Positions 43,057 to 55,770 of a DNA stretch of 64,000 bases are shown here, piece by piece. The stretch lies in the NCBI GenBank assembly GCA_963816395.1, contig CAWFKQ010000003.1:1-64000 (forward strand), read 5' to 3'. The first letter of the stretch is position 1. Each line of letters starts with the position of its first letter. This stretch comes from an uncultured delta proteobacterium (lineage in GTDB: Bacteria > Desulfobacterota > Desulfuromonadia > Desulfuromonadales > JACZKF01). Under the pieces are notes generated by a model. It had not been told where the DNA came from. It did not search any database and saw nothing but the letters and a program-made list of their open reading frames with translations. A program made the position numbers and the translations under genes.

Positions 43057-45401
43057 GCCTTTGGCTTGAGGGCGGCGGCCAGCACCTCCTCCATCGAGCG
43101 GGCGAGAACGAAGCGGATCTTGCGCCGCAGGTGACGGGGAATTTCCTCCAGGTCCTTTTCATTGCGGTGAGGAATGATGATGGTGTGGATATTGGCTCGC
43201 ACCGCCGCCAGCGCTTTTTCCTTGAGCCCGCCGATCGGCAGCACCTTGCCGCGCAGAGTGATCTCGCCGGTCATTGCCACATCCTTGCTCACCGGCCGGC
43301 CGGCGAGGGCGGAAATGAGGGCGGTGGCCATGGTCACCCCGGCGCTCGGCCCATCCTTGGGGATGGCGCCGGCCGGGACATGGATGTGGATGGCCAGCCG
43401 TTCGAAGATTTCTGGATCGATAGCCAGCTCCGGAGCATGCGCCCGGGCGTAGGAAAGGGCGGCCTGGGCGCTTTCCTTCATCACTTCTCCCAGGTGACCG
43501 GTGAGGGTGAGTTCTCCCTTCCCCTTCATGGTCGTCGCTTCCACGTAGAGGATTTCCCCGCCCACCTCCGTCCAGGCCAGGCCGGTGGCGACCCCCACCT
43601 CGTCTTCCCGGCGCTCTTCTTCGGGGAGGAAGGTGGGCGGACCGAGATAACGGCGCACCGCCGCATCGGAGACCAGCACCGGCTGTTTTTTCCCTTCGGC
43701 GAAGCGGCGGGCGACCTTGCGGCAGATGCTGCCCAGCTCCCGTTCCAGGTTGCGCAGGCCGGCCTCGGCGGTGTATTCGGTGATCAGCTTGAGAATCGCC
43801 GCTTCCGAGAAGCGCACCTCCTCGGCCGCCAGCCCGTTTTTCTCCAGTTGCCGCGGGATCAGGTACTGGCGGGCGATGGAGAGCTTCTCCTCGGCGGTGT
43901 AGCCGGAGAGGCGGATGACCTCCAGCCGGTCCTTGAGGGCCGAGGGGACCGGGTCCATGATGTTGGCGGTGGCGATGAACAGCACCTTCGACAGGTCGAA
44001 GGGAAGGTTGATGTAATGGTCGGAGAAGGCGTGGTTCTGCTCCGGGTCGAGCAGCTCCAGCAGGGCCGCCGACGGGTCGCCGCGGAAATCGGCGCCGATC
44101 TTGTCCAGTTCGTCGAGCATGAAGACCGGGTTCTGCGTGCCCGCCTGCTTCATCCCCTGGATGATCCGCCCCGGCAGGGCGCCGACATAGGTGCGCCGGT
44201 GGCCGCGGATCTCCGCCTCATCCCGCACCCCGCCGAGAGAGATGCGCACGAACTTGCGCCCCAGGGCGCGGGCGATCGAGCGCCCCAGGCTGGTCTTGCC
44301 TACTCCCGGCGGCCCGACGAAGCAGAGCACCGGCCCGCGCATATCCTTCTTGAGCTTGCGCACGGCGAGGAATTCGAGGATCCGTTCCTTGATCTTCTCC
44401 AGGTTGTAATGGTCCTCATCGAGAACCTTGCGCGCCTTCTTCAGGTCGAGATTGTCCCGGGTGGTGCGGCTCCAGGGGAGGTCCACCAGCCAGTCGAGGT
44501 AGGTGCGCAGCATGGAGTACTCGGCCGCTTCCGGGTGCATGCTCTCCAGGCGGCGCAGCTGTTTTTCCGCTTCCGCCCGCGGCTCCTCCGGCAGGCGGGC
44601 CTTGGTCAGCTTCTCCCGCAGCTCGGCCACGTCCTCGGCCCGGGCGTCGGTCTCCCCCAGTTCGGACTGGATGGCCCGCAACTGCTCGCGCAGGAAATAT
44701 TCCCGCTGGCTCTTCCCCATCTCCTCCTTGGCCTGGGTCTGGATGCGGTTCTGCACCGCCACCAGCTCCAGTTCCTTGGCCAGCAGGTTCTTTACCCGCT
44801 GCAGGCGTTCCAGAGGGTCGATGATCTCGATCAGCGTCTGCGCCTCGGCGGCCTTGAGGCCGATGTTGCTGGCGATCAGGTCGGCCAGGCTCCCGGGGTC
44901 CTCGACGTTTTCCACGACCACCATGACTTCGGCCGGCAGGGCCTTGCCCATGGTGAGCAGCTGGGTGAGCTGGGCCCGCACGGTACGCATCAGGGCCTCG
45001 ATCTCGATGGTGATCTCGGCCACCCGCGGTTCCTGGATGCGTTCCACGCGCACGGTGAAATAGGGGTCCTCGTTGACGAACTCCTGCAGCCGCCCCTTGG
45101 CCAGCCCCTGCACCAGGATTTTCACCCGGCCGTCGGGCAGCTTGAGCATGCGCATGATCATCGCCACCGTGCCCATGGCGTAGATGTCTTTCGGCTCGGG
45201 ATCCTCCTCCGCCATCTCCTTCTGGGTGGCGAGAAAGATCAGCCGGTCGCGGGCCAGGGCCGCGTCGACGGCGGCACTCGACTTCTCCCGGCCGACGAAC
45301 AGGGGGAGGATCATGTAGGGGAAGATGACCACGTCGCGGACGGGCAGCAGGGGGAGAACCTCAGGGATATGCAGATCTTTGCGTTCGTTCGGTCCGTCCA
45401 A
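43053..45401 (-). CDS. lon: ATP-dependent Lon protease
   Basis: [36 protein letters not shown] start after GGAGG. Confidence 0.96.
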   Translation of the reverse strand: MDGPNERKDLHIPEVLPLLPVRDVVIFPYMILPLFVGREKSSAAVDAALARDRLIFLATQKEMAEEDPEPKDIYAMGTVAMIMRMLKLPDGRVKILVQGLAKGRLQEFVNEDPYFTVRVERIQEPRVAEITIEIEALMRTVRAQLTQLLTMGKALPAEVMVVVENVEDPGSLADLIASNIGLKAAEAQTLIEIIDPLERLQRVKNLLAKELELVAVQNRIQTQAKEEMGKSQREYFLREQLRAIQSELGETDARAEDVAELREKLTKARLPEEPRAEAEKQLRRLESMHPEAAEYSMLRTYLDWLVDLPWSRTTRDNLDLKKARKVLDEDHYNLEKIKERILEFLAVRKLKKDMRGPVLCFVGPPGVGKTSLGRSIARALGRKFVRISLGGVRDEAEIRGHRRTYVGALPGRIIQGMKQAGTQNPVFMLDELDKIGADFRGDPSAALLELLDPEQNHAFSDHYINLPFDLSKVLFIATANIMDPVPSALKDRLEVIRLSGYTAEEKLSIARQYLIPRQLEKNGLAAEEVRFSEAAILKLITEYTAEAGLRNLERELGSICRKVARRFAEGKKQPVLVSDAAVRRYLGPPTFLPEEERREDEVGVATGLAWTEVGGEILYVEATTMKGKGELTLTGHLGEVMKESAQAALSYARAHAPELAIDPEIFERLAIHIHVPAGAIPKDGPSAGVTMATALISALAGRPVSKDVAMTGEITLRGKVLPIGGLKEKALAAVRANIHTIIIPHRNEKDLEEIPRHLRRKIRFVLARSMEEVLAAALKPKA

Positions 45402-45530
45402 AGGGCCTCCAGGGAGAAGGTGCCGGCCAGCAGGCCGCCGGGCACCGCAGGGGAATGCCGGGCGGCGCAGGCCGCCCGATTCTGCAACCATACAAAAACC
45501 GCCCGGCATTGTCCAGAAAGTTGCTGGGGG

Positions 45531-46296
45531 TCAGCGCAGATGAAAGCTCCGGCGGCATTCCTCGAAACCGGGAACGCCGGGGGCGAAGGTGCGTTCGGTA
45601 AAAAGCACCCGGCGGTCGCCGCCGACCAGCAGGAGGGTCGAAGAGCGGGTTCCGTACTCCGGAGAGGCGATGAAGCGGGCGGCCAGCAGGCGCTCCATGG
45701 CCAGGCCGACGCCGGTATCGGGGAGGAGATGATCGGCCGGCCGGGAGGTGTCGGCTAGCAGGGTGAAGAGGGCTTGCGGATCGGGGTCGGGGTCGGCGAG
45801 GGCCGCCGCCAGGGCCGCCTTGCCGGTGGTCACCTTGGGCCAGGGGGAATCGAGCAGGTGATTGCTCAGCCCATAGAGCCCCGGCGGCAGCTGGCGCATC
45901 TGCCGGGTCCGACTGGCGTAATACCAGAGCTGGCTGCCGTCGCCGACCAGCAGGTTGAAGCCGGCATAGACACCGGCGCCCCGGTCCAGCCATGCGCAGC
46001 CAGGTTTCGGGAGGGCACTGCCCGAGGAGGAAATCGCGCACCAGGGCGCCGCGGGACGGGGCGCCAGGGCGCCGTTCGGCCGGGTCGCGGTAGTTGGTCA
46101 CCGCCGCCACCCGGCCCTGGCGGGTGATGCCCAGCCAGGTGCCGCCGCCGACCAGGTCGCGGCCGGCGAGCAGGTCCGGCGCATCGGGCCAGAAGGCGGC
46201 CGGCGCTGTGGGCCGGGCGTAGAATTCGTCGCGGTTGGCCGCCAGCACCAGGGGGTAGTCAGGGCGCTGGCGCCAGGACCAGAGAATGAGGCACAT
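45531..46296 (-). CDS. NRDE/TANGO2 family protein (frameshifted)
   Basis: MCLI...ANRDEFY.RP, GGTWLG, LSNHLLDSPWPK, YGTRSST. Confidence 0.9.
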
Positions 46297-46308
46297 GGCC
46301 CCATTCTA

Positions 46309-46340
46309 CAGTAAGTAGTGAGGTAGTGAGGTAGTAAAGC
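46309..46340. repeat. Octamer array AGTGAGGT
   Basis: C AGTAAGT AGTGAGGT AGTGAGGT AGTAAAGC; reverse-complement type of the 36019-36053 unit. Confidence 0.7.
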
Positions 46341-46342
46341 TT

Positions 46343-46549
46343 CTATTTCCCCTGCCGGCACCCCGATCGGACCCTCAGCATCAAGGGCACCGTGGATGCC
46401 GCTCCTGCCAGCAGGAGCGCCCAGCCGGTGGCTCTTTTCCGCTCCTTTCCCAGGCGGTCCGCCAGCAGCAGGCCGAGCCCCGCCCCCAGCATCACCCGGG
46501 TCGCCGCCACGGCGGCGATAACCGGCATCTTTACCGTCGTCTCACGCAT
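46343..46549 (-). CDS. Small membrane protein
   Basis: Two hydrophobic segments; AGGAGG RBS upstream. Confidence 0.6.
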   Translation of the reverse strand: MRETTVKMPVIAAVAATRVMLGAGLGLLLADRLGKERKRATGWALLLAGAASTVPLMLRVRSGCRQGK

Positions 46550-46597
46550 CTTCCAGCCTCCTTTGGTGTTGATCGATCACAATTATAGCCTGCCGAT

Positions 46598-47317
46598 TCA
46601 TCCCAGGACATCCTTTCATCATGTCGGCCAGGTCGTGCAAGGCCTGCCGGCCGTTGCCGGCGAAGGACGAGCCATGCATGACGGCCAGGAGACTGGGTTC
46701 CAGGCCAGCCAGAAAGCGCAGGGTGCTTTCGGTGCGACGGGTATAGGGAAACGCATGGGCCAGCGGGCCTGCCTCGTAATCGAGAAGGCTCTGCCGGGCC
46801 CGGCTCGAGGATCTCCACGCCGTTTATCGGTTCAACATTGCCGTTCTGCAGCAGCAGGTCGGAGCAAAACAAGGTCCGGCCGCGTCTCTTCGAACAGCAG
46901 GCCGGCATCCCAGCCGTGGGGGACCTGCGGGGTTTCCAGATAGCGGAAGCGATAGCGGCCGGTGACCAGGGGGTGACCGGCTTCCGGCACCTGCGCCCGG
47001 CGGTCGGCTATATCGTTGATGCTCACCTTGGCGGCGATGAAGCCGCATAGCGGTTGTGCCCGCGGCGCCAGGGCCAGCCACTCGTTGAGCGAGCCGCATT
47101 CGTCGGCCTCATAGTGGCTGAAGCTGATCCAGCGGAGGGAGGATGGCTCCAGGATCTTCTTGACCGCCTTGCGCACCTGGGGGAACAAGGTCCGCAGGCC
47201 GGTGTGGAAGAGCAGCGGTTCTTCATCCCGGACCAGGAATTGGTTGAACTGCAGGTCGGCCTCCGCGAGATAGGTGGAGAGGCGGAAGATGTCGGGGGCG
47301 ATTTCGTCGATTTTCAC
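46598..47317 (-). CDS. MBL-fold metalloprotein (FprA/ODP-like; frameshifted)
   Basis: [25 protein letters not shown]. Confidence 0.8.
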
Positions 47318-47392
47318 GGACCCCGGTCTTCAAGTAATACCGGCTGACCCGTGAGAGTCAAAACGGGGACAGCACTGTCCCGATCTCACTAC

Positions 47393-48190
47393 TCACTGAC
47401 CTCCATGGTCTCCAGGCCGGCGGTTGTAGTATTCAGCCGCCAGGGCGGTCAACCGGCGCGGCGCCAGGCGGGTCAGGAAGACCGCCACCTTGTTGGCGGC
47501 GCCGGGGATGACCAGAGCCTGGCCCCGCATCAGGCCGGCATAGCCGGCCGCGGCCACCGCCGCCGGCTCCATGAGAAAAGGATTTCTGGTCAGGCGGATG
47601 TCGTCCATGCCGGCCCGGCGGAAAAAATCGGTGCGAGTGCCGCCCGGGCAGAGAGCGGTGACGGTCACCCCCGCCGGGCGCAGTTCCCGGTGCAGCCCCT
47701 CGGAGAGGGAGAGCAGGTAGGCCTTGGAAGCGTAATAGGTGCTCATCAGCGGTCCGGGCTGAAAGGCGGCGGTGGAGGCGACGTTGAGAATGCGGCCGCG
47801 GCGGCGGGCGGCCATGTCCCGGCCGAAGAGATGACAGAGAAGGGTGGGCGCCACGACATTGACGCCGAGCAGGGTGTGCTGGGCGTCAAGGTCGGCATCG
47901 ACAAAGGGGCCATGCAGTCCGATGCCGGCATTGTTGGCCAGGACATCGATGGCAAGCCCCAGGGCGGCCACCGCAGCGTGCAGTTCGCCCGCCGCCTCCG
48001 GTTCTGCCAGATCGTGCGGCAGTACCCAGCTGCGGATGCCATGCCGGTTCTGCACTTCGTCGGCAACGGCCGCCAGCCGTTCGCGATTGCGGGCGACCAG
48101 GACCAGGTCGTAGCCGGCGGCGGCAAACAGCCGGCTCAGTTCCCGCCCGATGCCGCTCGAAGCGCCGGTGACGAGGGCCGTTCTTCCCAT
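47393..48190 (-). CDS. Short-chain dehydrogenase/reductase
   Basis: TGASSGIG, NNAG, YYASK. Confidence 0.92.
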   Translation of the reverse strand: MGRTALVTGASSGIGRELSRLFAAAGYDLVLVARNRERLAAVADEVQNRHGIRSWVLPHDLAEPEAAGELHAAVAALGLAIDVLANNAGIGLHGPFVDADLDAQHTLLGVNVVAPTLLCHLFGRDMAARRRGRILNVASTAAFQPGPLMSTYYASKAYLLSLSEGLHRELRPAGVTVTALCPGGTRTDFFRRAGMDDIRLTRNPFLMEPAAVAAAGYAGLMRGQALVIPGAANKVAVFLTRLAPRRLTALAAEYYNRRPGDHGGQ

Positions 48191-48313
48191 CCCATCCTCT
48201 CTCTCCACAGGCGGATTGTAGCAGGGATTTCCCTGTCGGCCAGCAGGGTATTGACTTAGTGAATTAAAATGCGTTATTTTTAGACGGTTCATAAGGGGAG
48301 GGAAGGAGAAGCC

Positions 48314-48526
48314 ATGGCAGACCGAAGCAGTTTTAACCTGGCCGTGGGCCTGGCGCTGGTGGTTGCCGGCGGCCTGCTGATCTGGTGGGGATACGATGAG
48401 GCACAATCGGTGGGTAACCAGCTGGCCCGCGCCATCTCCGGTGCCCATTCGAACCAGGTGATGTGGAAATACATCGGGGGCGCCGTTTGCGCGGTAATTG
48501 GCCTGGTCCTGGTGGTCCGGAAGTAA
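48314..48526 (+). CDS. DUF3185-like small membrane protein
   Basis: GLALVVAGGLLIWWGY...S.GNQLARAISG...GG; AAGGAG RBS. Confidence 0.7.
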   Translation: MADRSSFNLAVGLALVVAGGLLIWWGYDEAQSVGNQLARAISGAHSNQVMWKYIGGAVCAVIGLVLVVRK

Positions 48527-48635
48527 GGCCAGCCGGTGAGCTATTGCCGGAAACCCCTGCCATAGCCGTCAGCACGGAGTTAGCGTGCGGCGGCTTTTTG
48601 CGTAACTGGTCGGCTATCTTGCACCGGGGGGACCG

Positions 48636-50830
48636 ATGGATTATTCCTTCGCCGAGCTTTTTGATCTCGCTGCCGTCGAAGCCCTGATGCAGCGCCTCGG
48701 GCAGGAGACGGGGTGGCCGGTGGGAATTCTCGGCCGGGACGGACGGGTCCTGGCGGGACAGGGGCTGGCAGGAGGTCTGCACCCGCTATCCACCGGCGGC
48801 ACCCGGAAGAGAGCCTGCACTGCCGGGAATGCGCCGGGCCTCTGCGGCAGAAACTGGAGGAAGAAGGGCGGCTGCCGGAGAGGGAATATGCCGCCTGCCG
48901 GTGTCCGCACGGGTTGATTCGCCCTCGCCGCGCCAATCGTCATCGAAGGCTATCCGCTGGCTACGCTCTCGCTCGGCCAGTTCCTCCGCGCAACCTCCGG
49001 ACGAGGCGCATTTGCGGGAACAGGCCGACCGCTTCGGTTTGCCCGCGGAAGAATATCTCAAGGCCTGGCGTCAGGTCCCCGTTTTCGATCCGGAAAAGGT
49101 TCGCCAGGCGCGCTCTTTTCACCGCTGCTGCATTCACCTCCTGGCGCAGATGGGGGAAGACCGGCTGGGCCGGCGGAAGATCGAGAAGGAGCTGGAGGAA
49201 CGGGAGCAGCGGCTGCGGCGGCAGAATGCGGAACTGTTGCGCCTGGGGAAGCTGCGGGGGATTTCCTTCGGTCAGTTCGCTGCCGTCGCCCGGGAAATAC
49301 TCGAGGCGACCGCCCGGGTGCTGGAGGTGGAACGGGTGAGCCTCTGGCTCTACAATCGGGAACGGACGCGACTGCGCTGTTTCGATCAGTTCGAGTGCAG
49401 CCGCCGCCGGCACAGCCGCGGCGAGGAACTGCAGACCGGGTGGTATCCCCACTATTTCACCTTAATCGGGAAGGGATCGAACCTCGTCGTCGATGACGTA
49501 AGCCGCGATCCCCGCACCCGGGAGTTATGGGAGACCTATCTGCAGCCGGCCGGCATTTCCTCCATGCTCGATACCCCCGTCTGGAGCGGCGGACGGATGG
49601 TCGGCATCCTCTGCTGCGAGCACATCGGGGCGCCGCGCCGCTGGAGCTACGACGAGCAGAATTTCGCCGGCTCCGCAGCCGATTTCCTGTCCCTGACCCG
49701 GGAGGAGCGCGATTGCCGGTGGGCGGAAGCCGGTCTGCGGGAATCGGAGGAGAAATATCGCCTTCTCTTCTCCTCGGAATCGGACGCCATACTGATCTGT
49801 GATGTGGAAAGCCGCCGCATTCTGGAGGTGAATCCGGCGGCGACCCTGCTTTATGGCTACAGCCGCGAGGAATTCTCGAAGCTGGGCATCGACGACATCA
49901 GCGCCGAGCCGGCGCTGTCGCACGCCCGCATCGACCAGATGCTGTCCGGTGGTCACCTGTCCCGCGTGCCCCTCAGCCATCACCGCCGCCGCGACGGCTT
50001 GGTTTTCCCCGTGGAGATTTCCTCCGGCGCCTTTGTCTGGAAGGGGCGGCGGCGGTTCGCCGCCATCGTTCGGGACATCACCGAACGGGAGAAAGCCGCC
50101 GAGATGAAGGAGGAAGTTCTGTCGGTGGTCAGTCACGAGATGCGTACGCCGCTGACCGCCATGATCGGCTTTACCGAGTTCCTGCTCGAGAACGAGGTGG
50201 GTGAGGCGCAGCGCAGCGAATACCTCCAGATCATCCATCGGGAGGGGGAGCGGCTGCAGGACCTGACCGATAACCTGCTCGATCTGCAGCGCCTGCGGGC
50301 GGGGGTGGATGCCGGGAATTACCAGCCGGTGGGGGTGTTCCCCCTTCTCCTCTCCGCCGCCCGACTGTTTTCCAAGGCCAGCGCCAGCCACAACATCGTG
50401 CTGGATTGCCCGGAGAACCTCCCCCCCGCCTGGGGAGACGAGAAGCAGCTGTACCGCTCCCTGCAGAACCTGCTGTCCAATGCCATCAAGTATTCCCCCG
50501 AGGGTGGGGAGATCATCCTCGGCGCCCGGCGGGCCGGAGACTTCGCCGTCATCTGGGTCCGCGACCGGGGGATCGGCATTCCCCCAAACGCTCACGACCT
50601 CATCTTCGAACGTTTCTCCCGGGGCAGCTCCTCGGCGGTGAAGACGGATCAGCGGCACAGGTCTGGGGCTGGCGCTGGTGCGGGCGATAGCCGAGACCCA
50701 TCGCGGCCGGGTCTGGGTGAGGAGCGCCCCTGGCGAGGGGAGCACTTTCTACCTGGCTATCCCTCTGCAGCGGAACGGCAAGCCGAACAGCGGGGGAATG
50801 GACCCTGGCCGGCAGCATGGGGAAGTTTGA
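48636..50830 (+). CDS. PocR-GAF-PAS sensor histidine kinase (frameshifted)
   Basis: N-terminal PocR-like CPHGL, GAF, PAS, SHEMRTPL, NLLSNAIKYS, DRGIGIP, GTGLGL, GEGSTF. Confidence 0.88.
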
Positions 50831-50854
50831 GGCGCAGAAGCGGAAGAGGGCGGA

Positions 50855-51440
50855 TCAAAGGGCGCGCAGGTTTTTCAATTGACGGTCGGTGGTCTCGACA
50901 GCGCGGCGGGCTGCCGAATCCCCAGGCTCGATGGCGAGCACCTTCTGCCAGCAGGCGAGGGCTTCCTCCAGGCGTCCCGCCCGGTAGTGGATCAGTCCCT
51001 GCTGCATCAGACGATCGGCGCACTGGCGGAGATCGTCCCGCACCGCCGCCTGCTCCTGGCTGATCTTGCCGGCGATAGCCGGGTCTTTCGGCCAGGCGCT
51101 GAGGGCCCGCTGCAGCAGACGGCCCGCCTCCTCGAAACGCTTCTCCTGGCGGAGGCGTCGGGCGCTGTCGAGAAGGCCGTTGAGGGCCTCCGGATACTCG
51201 TTGGCGAACCATTTCTCCGGCCGGCCGGCGCGAATTTCCCGGTCGATCCGCTCAAGGGCCGCCTGGTGCCGACCGGCGGCCAGGTCGGCCTTTACCTTTT
51301 CCCGAACGAAAGCCGCGGCCGGTGCCTGGGACGATGCCGCGGCTGGCGCGGCGGCAGGTATCTGCCTGGCAGTGGGAGGGGAGCAGGCGGCACAGCCAGG
51401 CCGCAGCCAGCAGCAGGAGCGGCAGTCGCAGCGCTCTCAC
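50855..51440 (-). CDS. TPR-containing probable lipoprotein (frameshifted)
   Basis: Signal peptide; C-terminal TPR GLIHYRAGRLEEALACWQKVLAIEP. Confidence 0.65.
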
Positions 51441-52807
51441 GCCACCCCCGCGATGGTCGACGGCAGGTGCTCATCCCGATAATCCTCCAGCGCCAGCAAA
51501 AAGACCTTCACCAGGTCCGGCGCAAATTGGCTGCCGCTGCAGCGGAGGATTTCCTCCACCGCCTCGGCGCGGCTGAGGCCGGCGCGATAGGGCCGTGAGG
51601 AAGTCATGGCATCATAGGCGTCGGCAATCGCCAGGATGGCGGCCAAATGGGGGATCTGCTCTCCCTTGAGGCCGGCCGGATAGCCGCTGCCGTCCCAATG
51701 CTCGTGGTGGTGCAGCACCGCCGGCACGTAGCGGTGCAGGGATTCGGAAAGACGCAGGATATCGGCCCCATGCTCGGCGTGGCGGACGATGCAGGCGTGC
51801 TCGCTGCGATTGAGCGGCCCGCGTTTGTTCAGGATACGGTCGGGGATGCGGATTTTCCCCACATCATGGAGAAAGCAGGCGACGGCCAGCTCCCGCAGCT
51901 CTTCCTCGTCGAAACCGAGGCGGCGACCTACCAGCAGAGCGAGGTTAGCCACTCGGGTCGAATGTCCCAGGGTGTATTCATCGCGGGCATCGATCGCCGC
52001 CGCCAGCAGCCGCACAGTGGAAAGGTAGGCTTCCTCCAGCTGCCTGGCGTGGTCGGCCAGGCTGGTTTTCTGCCGCATCAGCTCTTCCGCCATGGCATTG
52101 AATTCCCTGGTGAGCCGTCCCAGTTCGTCCCGGGAGGAAACGGGGACGGCGGTGCAGCCGCCCGTCCGCAGTATCGACACCCCCTGCGAGAGCCGCTTGA
52201 TCGGTCGGGTGAGAATTCCGGCGAGCAGGAAGGTTCCGACCGTGCCGAGCAGCAGGGCGCCGGCGGCGATGAGCAGGATCTTGTGCCTGGCCTGTCGGCG
52301 CGAGGCCTCCAGGGAGTCGGCACTGAGCCTCAGGTAGACATCCCCGACCCGCTTGCCGGCGAACAGGACCGGGTTGCGGAACTCGAAGAAATCGCCTCCC
52401 GCCAGGGTGCCGCGGTGCACCGTGAACTCCCCTTCCTGGTGCACCAGTTCCCCCGGCATCGGCTGGAAGACGCCTCCCGACTCCCCGATACGGCTGTGCG
52501 CCAGGATAGTCCCCCGGGAATCGACGATCGCCAGGAAGACCAGGTCGTCCTGGCCCTCACCGATTTTGGCTGCCAGGTTATCGAGGGCCAGCCGGTCATT
52601 GGCCAGGATGCTGAAGGCCGCCGGGGTGGCGGCGCTGCGGGAGATGGCCAGGCCGCGGCGCATCAGCTCCCGCAGCAGGACGCCATCCATGGTGTCGGTC
52701 AGCACCAGGGAGATGCCGGCGGTAATCAGGGAAAGCAGCACCAGCGTCCACAGCGCAAGTTTCAGGCTGATGCCGCGAAACCGGTCGAATTTTCCGCTCC
52801 GCTTCAT
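51437..52807 (-). CDS. Membrane HAMP + HD-GYP phosphodiesterase
   Basis: GHSTRV, LHDVGK, HHHEHWDGSGYP, ADAYDAMTS.RPYR. Confidence 0.93.
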   Translation of the reverse strand: MKRSGKFDRFRGISLKLALWTLVLLSLITAGISLVLTDTMDGVLLRELMRRGLAISRSAATPAAFSILANDRLALDNLAAKIGEGQDDLVFLAIVDSRGTILAHSRIGESGGVFQPMPGELVHQEGEFTVHRGTLAGGDFFEFRNPVLFAGKRVGDVYLRLSADSLEASRRQARHKILLIAAGALLLGTVGTFLLAGILTRPIKRLSQGVSILRTGGCTAVPVSSRDELGRLTREFNAMAEELMRQKTSLADHARQLEEAYLSTVRLLAAAIDARDEYTLGHSTRVANLALLVGRRLGFDEEELRELAVACFLHDVGKIRIPDRILNKRGPLNRSEHACIVRHAEHGADILRLSESLHRYVPAVLHHHEHWDGSGYPAGLKGEQIPHLAAILAIADAYDAMTSSRPYRAGLSRAEAVEEILRCSGSQFAPDLVKVFLLALEDYRDEHLPSTIAGVA

Positions 52808-52951
52808 CTGTCCTCTCCCGTTACGGCTGCGCCGCAACGGCTTTCATTATTAATCATTTTTTACTCTTGAGGCAATAATCTTTTATACCTGCGGGACCGG
52901 CGAAAGCACCGGCGACGATTCAGACTGGGGTACTCTTTTTTTCCGCGGTAT

Positions 52952-54236
52952 TCAGAACAGGTAGCGGAGACTGGCCGCAATTAAATGGGTCCGGCTCTGG
53001 TAAGTGCCGTTGACCGTCCCCGGTGGGGTGCCCGGGGCCGCGGCCGCCAGCGGATCCCCGGTCGCGTTCCTTTTTACCCGGTCTTCCTGGATCAGCAGGG
53101 CATAGGCCAGGGCGAACCGGAAGCGGTTGCGGCCAATTTCCGTTCCCAGGCTGAAGGTGTGGTTGTTGGAATCGGGGATAGCCGGCTCGAACGTCGTGTC
53201 CGGAACCGGATTCTCCGAGTAGAGATAGCCGGCGAGGAGGGAAATGGTGTCGTTCAACCGGTAGCGGGCGCCGATGTTGTAGGCGAAGGTGTCCTGCCAG
53301 TGGCGGGGCTGGACGCTGACCGACTGCCCGAGGACCGGCCGCTCGAAATGGAGCCTGAGTTCGTCGAAGGAGGACCAGTCCTCCCAGCGCAGGCCGGCTT
53401 CCACCGTCAGCCGGTCGCTGGCGCGCCAGGCCAGGCCGGCGGTGAGCTGCTGCGGCATGGTGAGGCTGGTGCTGGCGCCGGTATCGGGTAGGGCTTCCGC
53501 CAGCAGGGGGGAGGCGCGGTCATAGGAGACGTCGCCGTCGATGTCGACCTTGATCGCGCTTCGGTAGGCGGCGCCGAAGGAGAGGTGTTCGGAAAGGTCG
53601 ACCAGCAGGCCGAGGTTGTATCCCCAGCCGTGGCCGTCTCCCGTGAGCTTCTGTCCCGAATCGGCGCTCCCCGAGGGGAGCCCGAGCAGCAGCGCCGAAT
53701 TGATCTTGTTTTCCAGCCGGGCATCGAGCAGCAGCAGGTCCGCTCCGGCCGCCACCGCCACCCGCGGCAAAAGACGCCAGGAAATTACCGGATTGATGTC
53801 GAAAGTGGTGATCTGCGAGTCGGTGGTGATATATCGTCCCGGCCAGTCATCGGGCCAGGAAGTCCCGAGGCCGAAGGGACTGAAAATGCCGAGGCCGGCG
53901 CTCAGACGATCATTGACGGCATGGGTGGCGTAGAAGGTGCTGGGGAAAAAGACCTCGGCTTCCCCATCCGCCGAGGTGCCTTTCTCCATGAAATTCCCGT
54001 TGCGAAAAGACCAGGGTGCTCCCCGTCTCCAGCTGTGTTCCCGCCAACCGGCTGATCAGCGCCGGGTTGAAAAAGACCGCCGAGGGTCCCTCGTCATGGG
54101 CGACTACGGCATCGGCCTGGCCGAGAGCGGCCGCACCCTGCAGAAAGATGCCGAAACCTGCGCCGTATGCCGGCATGGCTGCAGTGAGGCACAGAACCGT
54201 CAGGATAACCCCCGGCCATCCTCCTTGCTTCATCAT
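52952..54236 (-). CDS. OmpP1/FadL family outer-membrane transporter (frameshifted)
   Basis: AGFGIFLQGAAALGQA, FFNPA, PFGLGTSW, terminal YLF. Confidence 0.9.
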
Positions 54237-54536
54237 TTATTCCTCCCGATGGATTAAACTCCTGCAGTCCCCTCAGCAAGCGCTTGATCCATAACATGAA
54301 TCGGCCGCCGCCGTCATCACTTTTCAGCAGACTGATGACCCGCCCCCCGAAGGTTCGACGGCAAGGAACCATCTGCACCTGAAAACCAGATTGGCAGAAG
54401 GGAGCTAATGAGGCAGGAATTCACCGGCCCAATCTTGGCGGCGAAGGCCCCGCCTTGACAAGCGAATGGGCGGTGATAACGGGTTGAAGAAAGTTGGCGC
54501 AAACGGCGACTGTCGTTCAGCACAGGGGAGGAAGGT

Positions 54537-55498
54537 ATGGCCAAAGTGGAAAGCAAAAGATCGCGGCAGAGAGGCGGGGAAGCCCCGCGAAATCCCCAAG
54601 CAGGGCTGGCGGGACATCTTGCTGCGGGTGAAAGATGAACAGACGAAAGACAATCTTTCAATCGTCGCCGCCGGAGTCGCCTTCTATTCCCTGCTGGCGA
54701 TTTTCCCGGCCATCACCGCGGCCGTTTCGATCTACGGCCTGGTGGCCGATCCGGCGCAGATGCAGCAGCAGCTCCAATCGATGAGCCAGATGCTGCCGCA
54801 GCAGGCCTACCAGCTCATCGACAAGCAGCTCAACACCCTCGTCTCCCAGTCCGGCAGCGCCCTCGGCATCGGCGTCATCGTCGGTATCCTGATCGCCCTG
54901 TGGAGCGCCGCCAAGGGGATGAAGGCACTGATCACCGCCCTGAACATCACCTACGATGAAGAAGACCGGCGCGGTTTTTTCAAGCTCAACGGCCTGGCCC
55001 TCCTGCTCACCTTCGGCGCCATCCTCTTCTTCCTCATCTCCATCGCGCTGATCGTGGCATTCCCTGCCCTGCTCGGCAAAGTCGGCATGCCGGAGATCGA
55101 TCCAGACCTGGGTCAATTACCTGCGCTGGCCGCTTCTGGCAATCGTGGTGATCCTGGCCCTTTCCGTCCTCTACCGCTTCGGCCCCGACCGCGATCAGCC
55201 GCGCTGGCAGTGGGTGAGCTGGGGGGCCATTATCGCCACCGCCCTGTGGATGGTCGCCTCGGTCCTCTTCTCGGTGTACGTAGCGCATTTCGGCAACTAC
55301 AACAAAACCTATGGTTCCATGGGGGCGGTGATCATTCTCCTGATGTGGTTTTTCCTCACCGCCTACGCCGTGCTGATCGGCGCCGAGTTCAATGCCGAAA
55401 TGGAGCACCAGACGAAGCGGGACACCACCCGGGGGGAACCCCGGCCGATCGGCCGCCGGGATGCGCACGTGGCCGATACCGTCGGCCGCAAGCGCTGA
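54537..55498 (+). CDS. YihY/BrkB family membrane protein (frameshifted)
   Basis: AAGVAFYSLLAIFP, YNKTYGSMGAVIILLMW, GAEFN. Confidence 0.9.
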
Positions 55499-55508
55499 CC
55501 GGGGAGAA

Positions 55509-55770
55509 TCACTGGCGCCCAGTGTCCTCCCTGCCGGAAAAGAGGGTCAGCTCCCAACTGTCGGTTTCCGCCTCGTGCCGCAGGATATAGAGGGCGCCGT
55601 CATCGCCGCGAATCTTGAAGTAGCGGTGATCGGGTCCCAGCCAGCGATCGAGCACCTCGGCGATCTCCACGAGCCGTCGGCCCAAGATAAAAGCGCCGGG
55701 GAGTTTCTTCCCCCCGGTAGCCGGCATAGCATTCGACCCGGATGGCGAAGGGCCTTTTGCTTTCTTCCAT
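55509..55770 (-). CDS. Small hypothetical protein (frameshifted)
   Basis: IRVECYAGYRGEETP ... VLDRWLGPDHRYFK.RGDDG..YILRH. Confidence 0.65.

Noticed and set aside
54310..54380. Fluoride riboswitch or hammerhead ribozyme upstream of the FadL-like gene (GTCATCA...CTGATGAC)
   Set aside because: Only a short palindrome; the other conserved core elements are missing or misplaced. It could still be an operator.
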